Positions 15,426-25,880 of a stretch of DNA of 64,000 nucleotides are shown piece after piece. Both the position numbers and the translations under genes were made by a program. Source of the stretch: Klebsiella phage Sugarland; sequence record NC_042093.1; one strand, written 5' to 3'. The notes below the pieces were generated by a model. The model had not been told where the DNA came from. It did not search any database and saw nothing but the letters and a program-made list of their open reading frames with translations. Positions within the stretch are counted from its first letter, which is position 1, and each line of letters begins with the position of its first letter.

Positions 15426-16280
15426 TCACGCGGTGAACGGATATGCAATAGGGTCATGAGACTTATACCCCACGATTTTAAAGTCGTCCTTAGAAACCCA
15501 GGTGAGTACGTCCTCTAGGGTTTTTATCTCCGGGTTGATCTCTAGACGGGGGGCCGGGAAAGGTTTGCGGTCGAATTGACCATGTTCCATGAGAACCTTG
15601 TACTGATTCTCGTAGATGTGCATATTTACTATACGTTGGTTTGCTCTGATTGCCCGGTTCCCTGTGATCTGGGCCATAAGCGCAAGAAACGTGTAGCATT
15701 GGACCATGTTAAAGGCTTGTCCCAATAGGAAGTCATTGGATCTCTGGAAGGAGTCGAGATACAGATTTCCATTGAGTAGCGAGAACTGGTGGGTATGCAT
15801 GCACGGTCGTAAGCATCCTTGATCAAATTCGCCAGGGTTCCAGAAGGTGAGAATCTCTCCGCGGTCATCAATGCCTCGTCGTAAATTCTCATAGATCTTA
15901 TAGAGTTGGTCAAAGTGGGAGCCATCCGGTCGAAGCCACGTTCTGCCCTGTACTCCATAGACTCTACCCATATCGTCGGTTCCCTTTCTGTTAGGGTTGA
16001 CCAGCCACGCCTCGTTTTCGTTGGCGTTAGCGTTCCACGTATTGCAGCCGATAGCACGGAATTGCTCTGCGGAATCATATCCTCGCAGATATCCGATAAG
16101 CTCCATGATGGCCTGAAGGGCATACGCTTTACGAGTTGTAATAAGTGGGAATTTCTTTCCGAGTACATCATATTCAAAGTTTGACCCTATTACGGTTAAA
16201 CAACGAACCCCCGTTCGAGGGTTCTCCAGCCAGACACCTTCTTCGAGAATGCGTTTGCCTTCATTAATATAGTGAATCAC
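15426..16280 (-). CDS. thyA: thymidylate synthase
   Basis: [25 protein letters not shown]...[18 protein letters not shown], the ThyA active-site region. Confidence 0.9.
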   Translation of the reverse strand: MIHYINEGKRILEEGVWLENPRTGVRCLTVIGSNFEYDVLGKKFPLITTRKAYALQAIMELIGYLRGYDSAEQFRAIGCNTWNANANENEAWLVNPNRKGTDDMGRVYGVQGRTWLRPDGSHFDQLYKIYENLRRGIDDRGEILTFWNPGEFDQGCLRPCMHTHQFSLLNGNLYLDSFQRSNDFLLGQAFNMVQCYTFLALMAQITGNRAIRANQRIVNMHIYENQYKVLMEHGQFDRKPFPAPRLEINPEIKTLEDVLTWVSKDDFKIVGYKSHDPIAYPFTA

Positions 16281-16840
16281 AGATAGACTCCCTCCATAAC
16301 AAAACGATAGCGCTCATTTTCCCCAGAAGCTACATGAGTTACTACAGCATCCGGAGGAGTGGACGTAAGTATCGGGTGCTCCAGATACATAATGTGGTCT
16401 AGGCTTGGTACTGTACCAGCCTTAGGATAAATAGTGGAGCGATAGATCGCATCCAGACAGCCCATAGTTGCTAGAGTTTCTAGCAGAGCTTTCCCTCCTA
16501 TGCAGACTACCTCAACTTCATTACAGAAGTCCCGAATTTTGGGACCCAAGTGGGTGATAAACCGCACATTACGAGGCGGGTTTTTTATCAGAATTGGGGA
16601 TACCGAACCTACTACGTACACCATGGATTTCTTCTCCAGTGCCTTTTTCAGTCGGGGAGGGGCCGTTGTGTAGGTATTATGGCCCAGGATAACAACCTGG
16701 TAGGTATCCAGGATTTTGTAGAACTGTTCTAGCTCCTCGGGAATGGAGCCCCAGGGAAGTTCCCCGTAGGCATCCAGTGTGGCCGGATTAAAAATCCCGA
16801 AGGCTCCATCAACTCGCATTGCGTATAAAGCTGTAATCAT
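16277..16840 (-). CDS. dihydrofolate reductase
   Basis: [15 protein letters not shown]...LPW...[13 protein letters not shown] fold motifs; 4-nt overlap with thyA. Confidence 0.8.
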   Translation of the reverse strand: MITALYAMRVDGAFGIFNPATLDAYGELPWGSIPEELEQFYKILDTYQVVILGHNTYTTAPPRLKKALEKKSMVYVVGSVSPILIKNPPRNVRFITHLGPKIRDFCNEVEVVCIGGKALLETLATMGCLDAIYRSTIYPKAGTVPSLDHIMYLEHPILTSTPPDAVVTHVASGENERYRFVMEGVYL

Positions 16841-17997
16841 TACAGAAACTCTCCAAATTCGTCAGACAGATCGTCCGGGTTAGCCTGAGATGTTGCACCA
16901 ACACGATAGTTGGTAATCTGTGCTTCTTGTGGTGCTACCTGCTGGTTCTTGGTGTTCAGCCAACCTTTCATCCAGCCAATCGGGTCTTCCATAATTACCG
17001 GGAGATCTTCCGGCCACGGAATGTTGATTGCCATAAACGCCAGGCGTGCGTTGTAATACAGGTACTCTACCAGCAAATCGGCGTTCAGACCCGGAATATC
17101 TTCGCCTTCCGGGAAAATATAATGCGCCCAGTTAATTTCTGTCTCCAAAATGCTGCGCAGGATCTTGGGAGCGTTAGCCTGAGCTGCTGCTACAACATGG
17201 GGAGGAAATTCTCCGCTCTGGATAATACGCAGAACTTCCATCGCCATAACGGTGTGGAGCGCTTCGTCTTTCGCGATAAGCTGTAAGTTCTTAGCGATAC
17301 CCGTCAGAATATCGTTCTCCGCCAGAGCAAAGGTACATGCAAATGATGCGTAGAACATAATGGCTTCTAGGGCGTATACAGCGTAGTAGAACTCCAGGAT
17401 TTTCTGCTGTAATTGTTCGGTCAGCTCTTGGAATTCATGCGGCGACAGGCACATGACGTCATCTTCCTGGGCCAGCTCAATTGCCTCTCGTTCTTTAAGC
17501 CAAATCTCTGCTAGTTCGGCCAGCTCATCGATAACAGAAACCGGCAGTGCTAGACGTGCAAATGCTTCGTCGTTAGCCTGTACAGTCGCAATGAAGTCGC
17601 CCGGATTAGGGAGAACGTTGCGAATAATGTTGGAATACGCACGACTGTGAATATTCTCAAAGTAGCTCCACTGAATAAGCATACCTTCCAGCTCAGGACG
17701 AGATACCAGTTTCAAAATAGCATCTTCTGGAGCACGGGTGATAATGGAGTCGGCTTGAGTTTGCCAGGCTAAGTTCAGCAGGGTCTTGTTTTTAATATGC
17801 TGAGGCAGATTAGGCCATTGTTTTTTGTCGTTTTCCAGGGAGATTTCTGTTTCTACCCAGAACTGAGAACGCTGTAGCAGCGCTAAGTCTTCTAAGCGCT
17901 GGTATTTTACGTTGACATAGTCGGCAATCCCAAGCTCTTGACCCAGGAATAGTTTAGATTCCTTGTGATCCCATTCGCGATTAAATACTGTAGACAT
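16840..17997 (-). CDS. nrdB: ribonucleotide reductase class Ia beta subunit
   Basis: Ferritin-like diiron motifs (AENDIL...EALH, FYASFA); length 385 aa. Confidence 0.9.
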   Translation of the reverse strand: MSTVFNREWDHKESKLFLGQELGIADYVNVKYQRLEDLALLQRSQFWVETEISLENDKKQWPNLPQHIKNKTLLNLAWQTQADSIITRAPEDAILKLVSRPELEGMLIQWSYFENIHSRAYSNIIRNVLPNPGDFIATVQANDEAFARLALPVSVIDELAELAEIWLKEREAIELAQEDDVMCLSPHEFQELTEQLQQKILEFYYAVYALEAIMFYASFACTFALAENDILTGIAKNLQLIAKDEALHTVMAMEVLRIIQSGEFPPHVVAAAQANAPKILRSILETEINWAHYIFPEGEDIPGLNADLLVEYLYYNARLAFMAINIPWPEDLPVIMEDPIGWMKGWLNTKNQQVAPQEAQITNYRVGATSQANPDDLSDEFGEFL

Positions 17998-18488
17998 TAG
18001 ATTTCTCCGTTATTTGCAAATTCTCCATGAAGTTCGGCTAACTTGGAGTCTCTCCACTTTATAGCCTCTTCAAGAGTTTTCAGTGTTTTTGTGTATGATT
18101 TGCCCTGCTTCCCGATTCGTACTTGGAATGAATTGCCTTTAGGTCTTATATTTTTCATACCAAATTCGTTGTCACTACGCACCCTAGAGTTCATAGAATT
18201 TTGGGAGCTGGTGGCTTTTCTCAAGTTATCCCACTTACAGTTACGTGGGTCATTATCTTTGTGGTCTATCTTGCCTTCTGGTAACTCTCCAGTCATGTAC
18301 AGAAAAGCTAGGCGATGAGCTAAATACTGAATCCCGTCCACTTTAATGCGTAAGTACCCTAGATGGTCGTAAGTTCCGGCCTCAGCACCCCAATACATCT
18401 TTGGCAGCATCTTTCTAGGTTTCCACGTGAAAACTCCAGTAGAGGGATCGTAGGAGATTAGCTCTTTAAGTTCTTCTCTCGATTTCAT
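17997..18488 (-). CDS. HNH homing endonuclease with AP2-type DNA-binding domain, inserted between nrdB and nrdA
   Basis: KIDHKDNDPRNCKWDNLRKATSSQN HNH motif; C-terminal AP2-like GKSYTKTLKTLEEA. Start adjusted to MKSREEL at 18488. Confidence 0.7.
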   Translation of the reverse strand: MKSREELKELISYDPSTGVFTWKPRKMLPKMYWGAEAGTYDHLGYLRIKVDGIQYLAHRLAFLYMTGELPEGKIDHKDNDPRNCKWDNLRKATSSQNSMNSRVRSDNEFGMKNIRPKGNSFQVRIGKQGKSYTKTLKTLEEAIKWRDSKLAELHGEFANNGEI

Positions 18489-18494
18489 GTGAAT

Positions 18495-18524
18495 ATTATA
18501 ACAAAAAATCCAACCTACTTGCAA
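18495..18524 (-). promoter_or_regulatory. sigma70 promoter giving a near-leaderless transcript for the HNH endonuclease
   Basis: -35 TTGCAA, 18-bp spacer, -10 TATAAT ending 7 nt before the ATG at 18488. Confidence 0.45.
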
Positions 18525-18557
18525 ATAAAATTTTGCTTTCGGTTGGATCGAGCTTAA

Positions 18558-20942
18558 TTATAGAGTACAACCGCCACTGGAACAACCCTGCTCTGCTGCA
18601 GAGCCTCCGGTATCTACGTCAAAGTTTGCGTAGTAGAGGTTCTTAATCCCATATTTAGTGGAGTTAAGGAGATCTTTGATAATCTCAGTACCCGGAATAA
18701 TACCTCCAGGATATTTGTTAAAGTCGTAGTACAGGTTGGCGCTAATAGCCTGATCCGTGAACTTCTGCAGAACCGCTAACCACTTGATGTGCTCAGTACG
18801 GTCAATATCGAACGCATACTTATAGGACTGCATGGTGTCCCAATCGTCTAGACCCGGAGCTACAGTAATTACTTTGTTAACGCCCGAAGTCTTGATAGTT
18901 ACTGCACTGCGAGGAGGCTCTACTGCGTTGGTAACACCAATCAGAACAGAGCTAGACTCTCCCGGCATACTTGCAGTCAGGACAGAGTTGCGCATACCAT
19001 GAGTTTTGATCTCTTCACGGAGGCTCTCCCAGTCCATTTCTAGACCTACGGAAACCAGGTCATCCACAGTCTTCTTGTAAGTATCGATTAATAGCGTGCC
19101 ATCAGAAGTGTGAGTACGGTGGAACCATTCACATGGGCCAACTTCTTTTGCCAGACGTACAGACGCTTTGTGAAGGAAGAACGATGCCTTCTCTGCCTCA
19201 CGGTGGATCCAGTTACGGGCTTCTTCGCCTTCGAATGCCAGGCCTTCAGCGGCCATCGCTCCTGCGGCGTTCATCAGTCCAATACCTACGTTACGGCGGC
19301 GTAATGCCGTGTACTTCATAGCTGGGAACGGATAGTGCTGAATCTCGATAATGGTATCAACGAACTTCAATAGGATGTAGGAGATCTTCTCCCATTCTTC
19401 CAGGGTTTTGATACGACCTAAGGCGAATCCACCTAAGTTGCACAGAGATACTTCCCCATACTCTGAAACATCCATTTTATCCAGTTCTTCGTCTGTACGG
19501 TACAGATCTACTACATGAGGGATCGGGAACGTTGGCTGTACAATCTCAACACAAAGGTTGGACATACGCACCGGATCTTTGTAGCGGCTGTTGCGGTTCA
19601 CTTCACCAGCATCCATAGTGTACAGGCGACCAGTTTCCATACGTACAGTTTTCCAGAACTCAATCAGTTCTGCGGCAGGGATCACCGGGGCTACAGGTAG
19701 AACTTCACCCTTGAAACCACGTTTGGTAACACCCGCTAGACGTTTTTCGGCTGCGATGTATAGACGTTCAAATTCTGCTACGTCGCCAGAGTCAAACGCT
19801 GCGTATACTTCGGGAGCGTACAGGAAACTCATCAGTGTGATGTTCTCTTTACGCAGGAAGCGTTTCAGGAGAATACTGTTAAACTTCAGGTTGTAGTCCA
19901 TCTTATCGATTTTCTTTTCATCAGGGGAACGGTTGCTCTTAGCTTCCATTACCTGAATGATTTCCGGATCGAAGAACGCAGTGTAAACAGTTGCAGAACC
20001 ACCACGAGACTGCTGAGTGTTAGCTTTTACGGAGCGGTCGATGTGTCGATAATATGGCAGTTTTCCAGAGTGTGGGAACGCGCCTTTTCGCACCGGATCA
20101 GCAATTGATCTACTCTCAAGATGATAGCCGATCCCTGCTCGGGCAGCGACCATTTTGAAGACGACGTGCTCTGCTGCGTCAATGGAGTCCAGGGTGTCAG
20201 TACCATCAACAAGACAGCAAGAAGCGAAGCCCCTGTCAGCGCTCCGAAGGCCCACGAGCGGCGGAGTTGGGACGTTGATTTTCTGTAGCGACAGCGCGTT
20301 ATAAAGGTCGATTGCATCGAGCATACTCCAGTGAGGTTGAGAAAGCATTGCCATTGCCATACCCATGTAGGCAAACTGCGGAGTTTCATAGATCTCTTCC
20401 GTATAAATATTACGTCTAGAGTATTTATCCATGAACTGCTTCAGACCAGCATTAGTGAACAGTTCGTCACGGCTATGGTCGATAACTTCGTTTAGAGCTT
20501 CAAACTGGTCGTCAGAGATCCAGCCGCTCATATCTTCCCACGCTCCCAGCTCTACCATGTGGTCGTGGAAGAAACGCAGAGATGGTGGGGTGTAAGAATC
20601 AAACAGGTTCTTACGGAGCTGGGCTAAACGCAGCTCTAGGGCGAATCGGTCGTAACGATGATCACGCTCGATCATTGATTCGGCAGACTTAATCAGCATT
20701 GTTTGCAGATCGTCTGAGTGTACATCACCTTTCGGCAGGTTCTTAACTGCGGCTACCGCTACCGGAGACCACGGCACATCGCTTCGGATTCCGATGTATT
20801 TTGCCCAGTCATTCAGCTTCTGGGCCATGAACGGTTCTTTTGTACCGTCACGCTTGATAACGTATTCAATACGTTGGGTCATTGGTAACTCCTTTTGGAA
20901 GTTGTCAGGATTTAAAAGATATTCTACTTTGTTTTCGGCCAT
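18558..20942 (-). CDS. nrdA: ribonucleotide reductase class Ia alpha subunit
   Basis: ATP-cone N-terminus; catalytic Cys/Glu/Asn region; C-terminal CxxC (AEQGCSSGGCTL); 794 aa. Confidence 0.95.
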   Translation of the reverse strand: MAENKVEYLLNPDNFQKELPMTQRIEYVIKRDGTKEPFMAQKLNDWAKYIGIRSDVPWSPVAVAAVKNLPKGDVHSDDLQTMLIKSAESMIERDHRYDRFALELRLAQLRKNLFDSYTPPSLRFFHDHMVELGAWEDMSGWISDDQFEALNEVIDHSRDELFTNAGLKQFMDKYSRRNIYTEEIYETPQFAYMGMAMAMLSQPHWSMLDAIDLYNALSLQKINVPTPPLVGLRSADRGFASCCLVDGTDTLDSIDAAEHVVFKMVAARAGIGYHLESRSIADPVRKGAFPHSGKLPYYRHIDRSVKANTQQSRGGSATVYTAFFDPEIIQVMEAKSNRSPDEKKIDKMDYNLKFNSILLKRFLRKENITLMSFLYAPEVYAAFDSGDVAEFERLYIAAEKRLAGVTKRGFKGEVLPVAPVIPAAELIEFWKTVRMETGRLYTMDAGEVNRNSRYKDPVRMSNLCVEIVQPTFPIPHVVDLYRTDEELDKMDVSEYGEVSLCNLGGFALGRIKTLEEWEKISYILLKFVDTIIEIQHYPFPAMKYTALRRRNVGIGLMNAAGAMAAEGLAFEGEEARNWIHREAEKASFFLHKASVRLAKEVGPCEWFHRTHTSDGTLLIDTYKKTVDDLVSVGLEMDWESLREEIKTHGMRNSVLTASMPGESSSVLIGVTNAVEPPRSAVTIKTSGVNKVITVAPGLDDWDTMQSYKYAFDIDRTEHIKWLAVLQKFTDQAISANLYYDFNKYPGGIIPGTEIIKDLLNSTKYGIKNLYYANFDVDTGGSAAEQGCSSGGCTL

Positions 20943-20954
20943 TTTGCAAATGAG

Positions 20955-20990
20955 ATTTTACAGACAAAAACAGGCAACCCCTTTCGAGGC
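20955..20990 (-). terminator. rho-independent terminator
   Basis: CAGGCAGCCTCGAAAGGGGTTGCCTG hairpin plus TTTTTGTCTG on the minus strand. Confidence 0.45.
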
Positions 20991-21010
20991 TGCCTGTGTG
21001 TCGGTCTACT

Positions 21011-21220
21011 TTAATAAAAGTGTAATTTTTTCATTCGACTAACTAACTCTTTAGTACCGAGGGGTTGGTTAGGAAACTCGTTTGCTATCTTGAAAGCGGC
21101 ATGGTGTCGCCGCTCATCCTCAGGATAGTTAGCATTGTATTTATTGACTGTTGCCAGGGATACTGGATGCACTTTCGTTTTACGAGTGCGGAAGTTGTTC
21201 AGTGTAAATACGTTGTTCAT
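21011..21220 (-). CDS. hypothetical protein (69 aa)
   Basis: ORF track. Confidence 0.45.
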   Translation of the reverse strand: MNNVFTLNNFRTRKTKVHPVSLATVNKYNANYPEDERRHHAAFKIANEFPNQPLGTKELVSRMKKLHFY

Positions 21221-21234
21221 ACGCGCTCCTAGAG

Positions 21235-21348
21235 TTAGAGGTCAGGACGTTCGTCGTGAGAAGTGATACCTTCACCGAAGCCTACGAAGCCACAGTTTTC
21301 TTCAGAGGTAATACCCTCACCATAACCAATGATCAGTTCAGTAACCAT
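21235..21348 (-). CDS. possible 37-aa peptide with an internal repeat (GYGEGITSEEN / GFGEGITSHDE)
   Basis: Unlisted ORF MVTELIIGYGEGITSEENCGFVGFGEGITSHDERPDL. Confidence 0.25.
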   Translation of the reverse strand: MVTELIIGYGEGITSEENCGFVGFGEGITSHDERPDL

Positions 21349-21349
21349 A

Positions 21350-22099
21350 TTAGATTCCCATATCGTTAAAGATTGCCTGGAATGCTTTGGATTCAGCGGA
21401 ACGCACGTTATCATGCAACTCTACTAAGGAGAATGGCACATGTTCGTACTGATCGTAGATATCCATGATCAGTTGCAGACCAGAGTCGGATTTAATGTCT
21501 TTCTGCGCTACGTCGCCACAGATTACTAATTTGCAATCCTGACCTACGCGGGTTAGAATACACTTCATTGCTTCTACGGAGATATTTTGAGCTTCGTCAA
21601 CAATTACATAAGAATTGTTGAAGGTACGACCGCGTGCATGTTCGATAGCAAGGTATTGGATTGCCTTGCGTTCAACCAGCCCCTGATAAGAACGTTCCCC
21701 CAAGGCCCATTTAAAGCCATCGGCGATGGGTTCTAACCACGGTGCCATTTTCTCGTTCAGATCCCCTGGCAGCATCCCTAGAGATTTGCCAAGCGGTTCG
21801 TTAGGTCGAACAAGAATGAACTTCTCGTACACAGAACCCGGCTTTGCCAACTCTTGAGCAGCGAGGACAGATGGGATAAACGTTTTACCCGTACCTGCTT
21901 CCCCAATACCAACTGTCACCGTAAAGTTACGGATGGTGCTGATATAGTGCTTTTGCTCAGCGTTCTTCGGCTTGAGTTCTTTTGCGGTTGGTTGAAAACG
22001 CTCCCGTGCTTCAAAATCAACGGGGATGACGTTTTCGTGACGTTCACGTTTTGCGCTACCGTTACGGCGCGACTCCTTACGACGTGCTGCTTTTCTCAT
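21350..22099 (-). CDS. phoH: PhoH-like ATPase
   Basis: Walker A GEAGTGKT; PhoH C-terminal signature. Confidence 0.9.
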   Translation of the reverse strand: MRKAARRKESRRNGSAKRERHENVIPVDFEARERFQPTAKELKPKNAEQKHYISTIRNFTVTVGIGEAGTGKTFIPSVLAAQELAKPGSVYEKFILVRPNEPLGKSLGMLPGDLNEKMAPWLEPIADGFKWALGERSYQGLVERKAIQYLAIEHARGRTFNNSYVIVDEAQNISVEAMKCILTRVGQDCKLVICGDVAQKDIKSDSGLQLIMDIYDQYEHVPFSLVELHDNVRSAESKAFQAIFNDMGI

Positions 22100-22162
22100 T
22101 GCGATCTCCTTAGAGGTCTACAGAGGGTCAAATTTCGACCATGTTTATCAATTTAGAATACC

Positions 22163-22191
22163 AGTATACCAAGTTTTGGCGTGGATTGCAA
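22163..22191 (-). promoter_or_regulatory. sigma70 promoter for phoH
   Basis: -35 TTGCAA, 17-bp spacer, -10 TATACT. Confidence 0.45.
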
Positions 22192-22357
22192 CTGAAATTT
22201 TCTAGGATGATATGGAGGACGGATCCTTTCCTTTATTCGCGCGATGCGCGGGCGCACACGAATAATATAAAATGAGGGAGATAAGCAAATAAAATTTTCC
22301 AGTTTTTATTGTTTTGATGATCCAGATCAAGTTACTGTTGATTATAATAAAATAAGG

Positions 22358-22386
22358 TTGACATGGCTGTGTCTATTTGATATAAT
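22358..22386 (+). promoter_or_regulatory. strong sigma70 promoter for the nrdD-sir2 operon
   Basis: TTGACA, 17-bp spacer, TATAAT, followed by GGAGG and an ATG at 22409. Confidence 0.6.
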
Positions 22387-22408
22387 ATATGCCTAACTGG
22401 AGGAATAT

Positions 22409-24238
22409 ATGAACGAATTAGACCTGATTGATAATATCTATAGTATCCTTGATAATGAGGGTGAAGAAGACCTTATGTTTAATAATGCTAATAAGGCAAG
22501 CGAGCAGTTTCCTACACAGAGGGACATGATAGCTGGAGAGGTTTCTAAATATGTGGTAGCACAGGAGCTTCCAGCATACCTATTGACGGCGCATAATAGA
22601 GGAGAGATACACATTCACGATATGGACTACCGCGCACAAGGGTATACTAACTGCTGCCTAGTGGATCTAGCGGGGATGTTTAAGAATGGAACTAAAATTG
22701 GTGGAGCAGAGATTGAAACTCCAAAATCTATCTCTACTGCAGCTGCGGTAACTGCCCAAGTTATTGCCCAGGTAAGCTCGTGTCAGTATGGGGGTACGTC
22801 TATCGATCGTATTGACGAGGTCTTTGCCCCGTATGTCCGTAAGTCCTACGATAAGCACTTAGCTATTGGCCAGCGTTGGCTGCACGATAGTAAGAAGGCA
22901 GCAGTGTATGCTACTGAGATGACAGAAAAAGAAGTATATGATGCGTGCCAGGGACTAGAGTACGAAGTTAATACACTATTCAACTCTAATGGTCAGCAGC
23001 CATTTGTGACATTTGGGTTTGGTCTAGGAGAATCCTGGGAGGCACGCATGTTGCAGAAAGCTATGCTGGAAGTTCGTATAAGAGGCCTGGGTGCTTCAGG
23101 GCATACTGCTGTATTTCCTAAACTTATTTTCGCAGTTAAGGAAGGACTCAATAAGTCCCCAAGTGATCCTAACTACGATATCAAACAGCTGGCGCTCATC
23201 TGCACTTCTAAGAGAATGTACCCGGATTACGTGAGCTATGAAAGAGTATCGGCTGTTACGGGCGATTTTAAGTTCCCTATGGGTTGTCGGTCTTTCCTTT
23301 CGGCTATTGAATCAGGGGAAACTGCTGGGCGCAATAACCTAGGAGTTGTATCCATTAACCTGCCGCTAGTTGCTGTAGAGTCTGAGGGATGCTTCGATAG
23401 GTTCTGGAAGTTGTTGGATGAATACATTGATAAAGCGATGGCTGCCCACGATTGGGCTATTGAGCGGTTGAAGCGTGTTCGTGCTAAACAGGCACCAATT
23501 CTCTATATGCACGGAGCTTTTGGGGTACGGTTGAAAGCCAATGATCTTGTATGGCCCATCTTTGAAGGCAGGGCATCAGTGTCTTTGGGATATATCGGTA
23601 TTAACGAGGTGATTGAGGTAATGTTTGAAGATACCGACCCTATGTCTCCACCTGCGGTTGAATTTGCAGTACGGGTTCTTAATCACATGAAAGACCGTTG
23701 CAACAAAAAAGCTGAGGAAACTAATCTAGGATTCAGTCTTTATGCTACTCCTAGCGAATCCTTATGCAATAGATTCAACACTAAAATTGCCGAACAGTAT
23801 CCGGAGTATGACTGGCTAACGGATAAAGGCTACCTGACTAATAGTCACCACCTGGATGTCCGTACAAAAGTTGCCCCTAACGTGAAGTTTGACTATGAAG
23901 CTAATTTTACTACCATCGCCAATGGGGGTAATATATCCTTTGTAGAACTTCCTGAGATGCGTAAGTTTATCTCTGCACTAGAGTGGGTTGTTGACTATGG
24001 ATTAAGTAAGTCCCACTACATAGGGGTCAACATTCCAGTTGATGAATGTGAGGAGTGCGGGTATTTAGGCGAATCCGTATCCGGAGAGCATGGTTTTGTA
24101 TGTCCCCAATGTGGGTCGGGGAATATCTCAGTTACCCGTCGTGTTTGTGGGTACTTAGGTAGTCCTGGTAGTAGACCCTTTAACCCTGGTAAGCAACAGG
24201 AAGTAATGCAAAGGGTCAAACACATGAATTTGAAATAA
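22409..24238 (+). CDS. nrdD: anaerobic ribonucleoside-triphosphate reductase (class III)
   Basis: C-terminal glycyl-radical motif RVCGYLG and zinc ribbon CEECGY...CPQCGS; 609 aa. Confidence 0.9.
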   Translation: MNELDLIDNIYSILDNEGEEDLMFNNANKASEQFPTQRDMIAGEVSKYVVAQELPAYLLTAHNRGEIHIHDMDYRAQGYTNCCLVDLAGMFKNGTKIGGAEIETPKSISTAAAVTAQVIAQVSSCQYGGTSIDRIDEVFAPYVRKSYDKHLAIGQRWLHDSKKAAVYATEMTEKEVYDACQGLEYEVNTLFNSNGQQPFVTFGFGLGESWEARMLQKAMLEVRIRGLGASGHTAVFPKLIFAVKEGLNKSPSDPNYDIKQLALICTSKRMYPDYVSYERVSAVTGDFKFPMGCRSFLSAIESGETAGRNNLGVVSINLPLVAVESEGCFDRFWKLLDEYIDKAMAAHDWAIERLKRVRAKQAPILYMHGAFGVRLKANDLVWPIFEGRASVSLGYIGINEVIEVMFEDTDPMSPPAVEFAVRVLNHMKDRCNKKAEETNLGFSLYATPSESLCNRFNTKIAEQYPEYDWLTDKGYLTNSHHLDVRTKVAPNVKFDYEANFTTIANGGNISFVELPEMRKFISALEWVVDYGLSKSHYIGVNIPVDECEECGYLGESVSGEHGFVCPQCGSGNISVTRRVCGYLGSPGSRPFNPGKQQEVMQRVKHMNLK

Positions 24239-24298
24239 ATCACTTGCTAAATACCTCCGTTTTTGATAAGATAGTTGTAATTGAGAAACGGAGGATTT

Positions 24299-24511
24299 AT
24301 GAAAATCCATAAAACTGATGAAAAGCGTATCTACTTTATGATGGACTCTGGAGCATACGGATCTATTTCCCGAGAAGACGTGGTAAAACTTCTGCGATGC
24401 CGTAACCACTTGTGGAAAGATAAAGTCGATCCCAGAACCTCTGAGTGCTTGTCCGAAAAGGCTGAGCAGTTGCGGAAAGAAGAAATGAGAAACTATATGG
24501 AGTTCCTGTAA
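24299..24511 (+). CDS. hypothetical protein (about 70 aa)
   Basis: Start adjusted to MKIHK with RBS GGAGG; ATGA overlap with the next gene. Confidence 0.45.
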   Translation: MKIHKTDEKRIYFMMDSGAYGSISREDVVKLLRCRNHLWKDKVDPRTSECLSEKAEQLRKEEMRNYMEFL

Positions 24512-25344
24512 TGCGTAGATTGATTATCGTAAGTGGTGCTGGATTGAGTGCTGATAGCGGAGTGCCAACGTTCCGTAAGGGTGCCATCACTCCCCTGTGG
24601 GATAAATACAAGCTAACCGAAGTATGCAACATTCAGGCATTCGATAAAGGGTTTCACTATCTGGACGACCCTATGCCTCCGTTAGAAGCCCTTTCTGAGG
24701 GATCTGATGATGAGCCTAGTCGCAACCTGTACGAGCTAACCCATGAGTTCTACAACATGCGGCGGCAGGAGCTGGGTACGGTGGAGCCTAACATTGCTCA
24801 CCTGAGAATTGCTGAGTGGTATGAGCGCTTCCCTGGTCAAGTCGTTAACTTTACTACTAACGTGGATGATCTGCTAGAGCGTGCTGGCATTCCCCATGAT
24901 GATGTGATCCATGCTCATGGCTACCTTACGGAGATAATGTATCGCCGAGGTAAGGATGTGATCGTGGAAGATATCGGGTATACTGCGGTTGATTACCGTA
25001 AGTATGAGTGGGTTAAGCCTGCGATTACGTTCTTCGGGGAAACCGCTCCGTGGTATATGGGGCAGATCAACCTGTTTGATACCTTGACAACCCAGGATCT
25101 GGTAATCGTTGTTGGTGCCAGTAACCAAGTAATCGATTTTAATTGGGAGCTATTTCCGGCCCATAGTCGAGGTACTAAAGTGTGGGTAGTAAACAACGGT
25201 ATTAACTACCTGGAGCAGAGTTTGTACGAAGAACGCGGGATCCCCGTTTGGTATGATACTGCTGCCAATGTATTTAGCAACAAACATTTCATAGGTCAAG
25301 TTGAGGCTTGGCTGGAGGAGAAAATTTATGTACCATCCCGATGA
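24511..25344 (+). CDS. Sir2-family NAD-dependent deacetylase / NADase-like protein lacking a zinc-ribbon module
   Basis: GAGLSADSGVPTFR, TTNVDDLLERAG and HAHG motifs; no Cx2C...Cx2C. Confidence 0.75.
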   Translation: MRRLIIVSGAGLSADSGVPTFRKGAITPLWDKYKLTEVCNIQAFDKGFHYLDDPMPPLEALSEGSDDEPSRNLYELTHEFYNMRRQELGTVEPNIAHLRIAEWYERFPGQVVNFTTNVDDLLERAGIPHDDVIHAHGYLTEIMYRRGKDVIVEDIGYTAVDYRKYEWVKPAITFFGETAPWYMGQINLFDTLTTQDLVIVVGASNQVIDFNWELFPAHSRGTKVWVVNNGINYLEQSLYEERGIPVWYDTAANVFSNKHFIGQVEAWLEEKIYVPSR

Positions 25345-25492
25345 TATCCTGTTATGGCCCAACGGTAGTTGGTGTTATCGCAGTGATGTACAAGATATGA
25401 GTCACCTATCGGACGACTATCAGGTTTTACGAGCGGACTCTGAGCAGTGGCACGAATTCATCCAAATGGGGGAAGAATATGCTGGTCAATGA
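25328..25492 (+). CDS. hypothetical protein (about 54 aa)
   Basis: Start adjusted to MYHPDD with RBS GGAGGAGAAAATTTATG. Confidence 0.4.
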   Translation: MYHPDDILLWPNGSWCYRSDVQDMSHLSDDYQVLRADSEQWHEFIQMGEEYAGQ

Positions 25493-25880
25493 AAAGGTTG
25501 TTAATCAAGGGGTTGGGCTAGTTCCCTGGGCTGAAATTCCTCTGGACGTAAAAGAGTCTCTTCTGGACCATCTTCGTGTGTGGTGCGATAATATGGAGGT
25601 CTACTTCGATTATGACAACATGCACCTGGGGCTATGGGTTCCTATGGACGAAGATCAAGATGAAGTCCTAGACTGGGGCGATCTGACTGAGATGGGGCTG
25701 GTATTTGCGCTAGGCTACGTGTGTCTGCTGCGTGAGTCCTATATCCCGGTTGGTGTTACAGGTGTTTCAGCAGGTATTTGGGTCGGACGTAATGAAGATT
25801 ATTATGCTCCGGAAAATATTAACGGTTGGATCCAGGTGCTGCGTCGCTTCGGTTTCCAAGTTGAAGGGTTAACTAAATGA
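25479..25880 (+). CDS. hypothetical protein, paralog A (133 aa)
   Basis: Shares WAEIP...DWGDLTEMGL...YAPE with the next ORF. Confidence 0.55.
   Translation: MLVNEKVVNQGVGLVPWAEIPLDVKESLLDHLRVWCDNMEVYFDYDNMHLGLWVPMDEDQDEVLDWGDLTEMGLVFALGYVCLLRESYIPVGVTGVSAGIWVGRNEDYYAPENINGWIQVLRRFGFQVEGLTK

Noticed and set aside
15629-16177. 182-aa minus-strand ORF inside thyA
   Set aside because: Alternative frame of the thymidylate synthase gene.
20943-20965. TTGCAAATGAGATTTT motif resembling the promoter upstream element next to the nrdA start
   Set aside because: The -35-like hexamer overlaps the nrdA start codon and has no -10 partner at the right distance.
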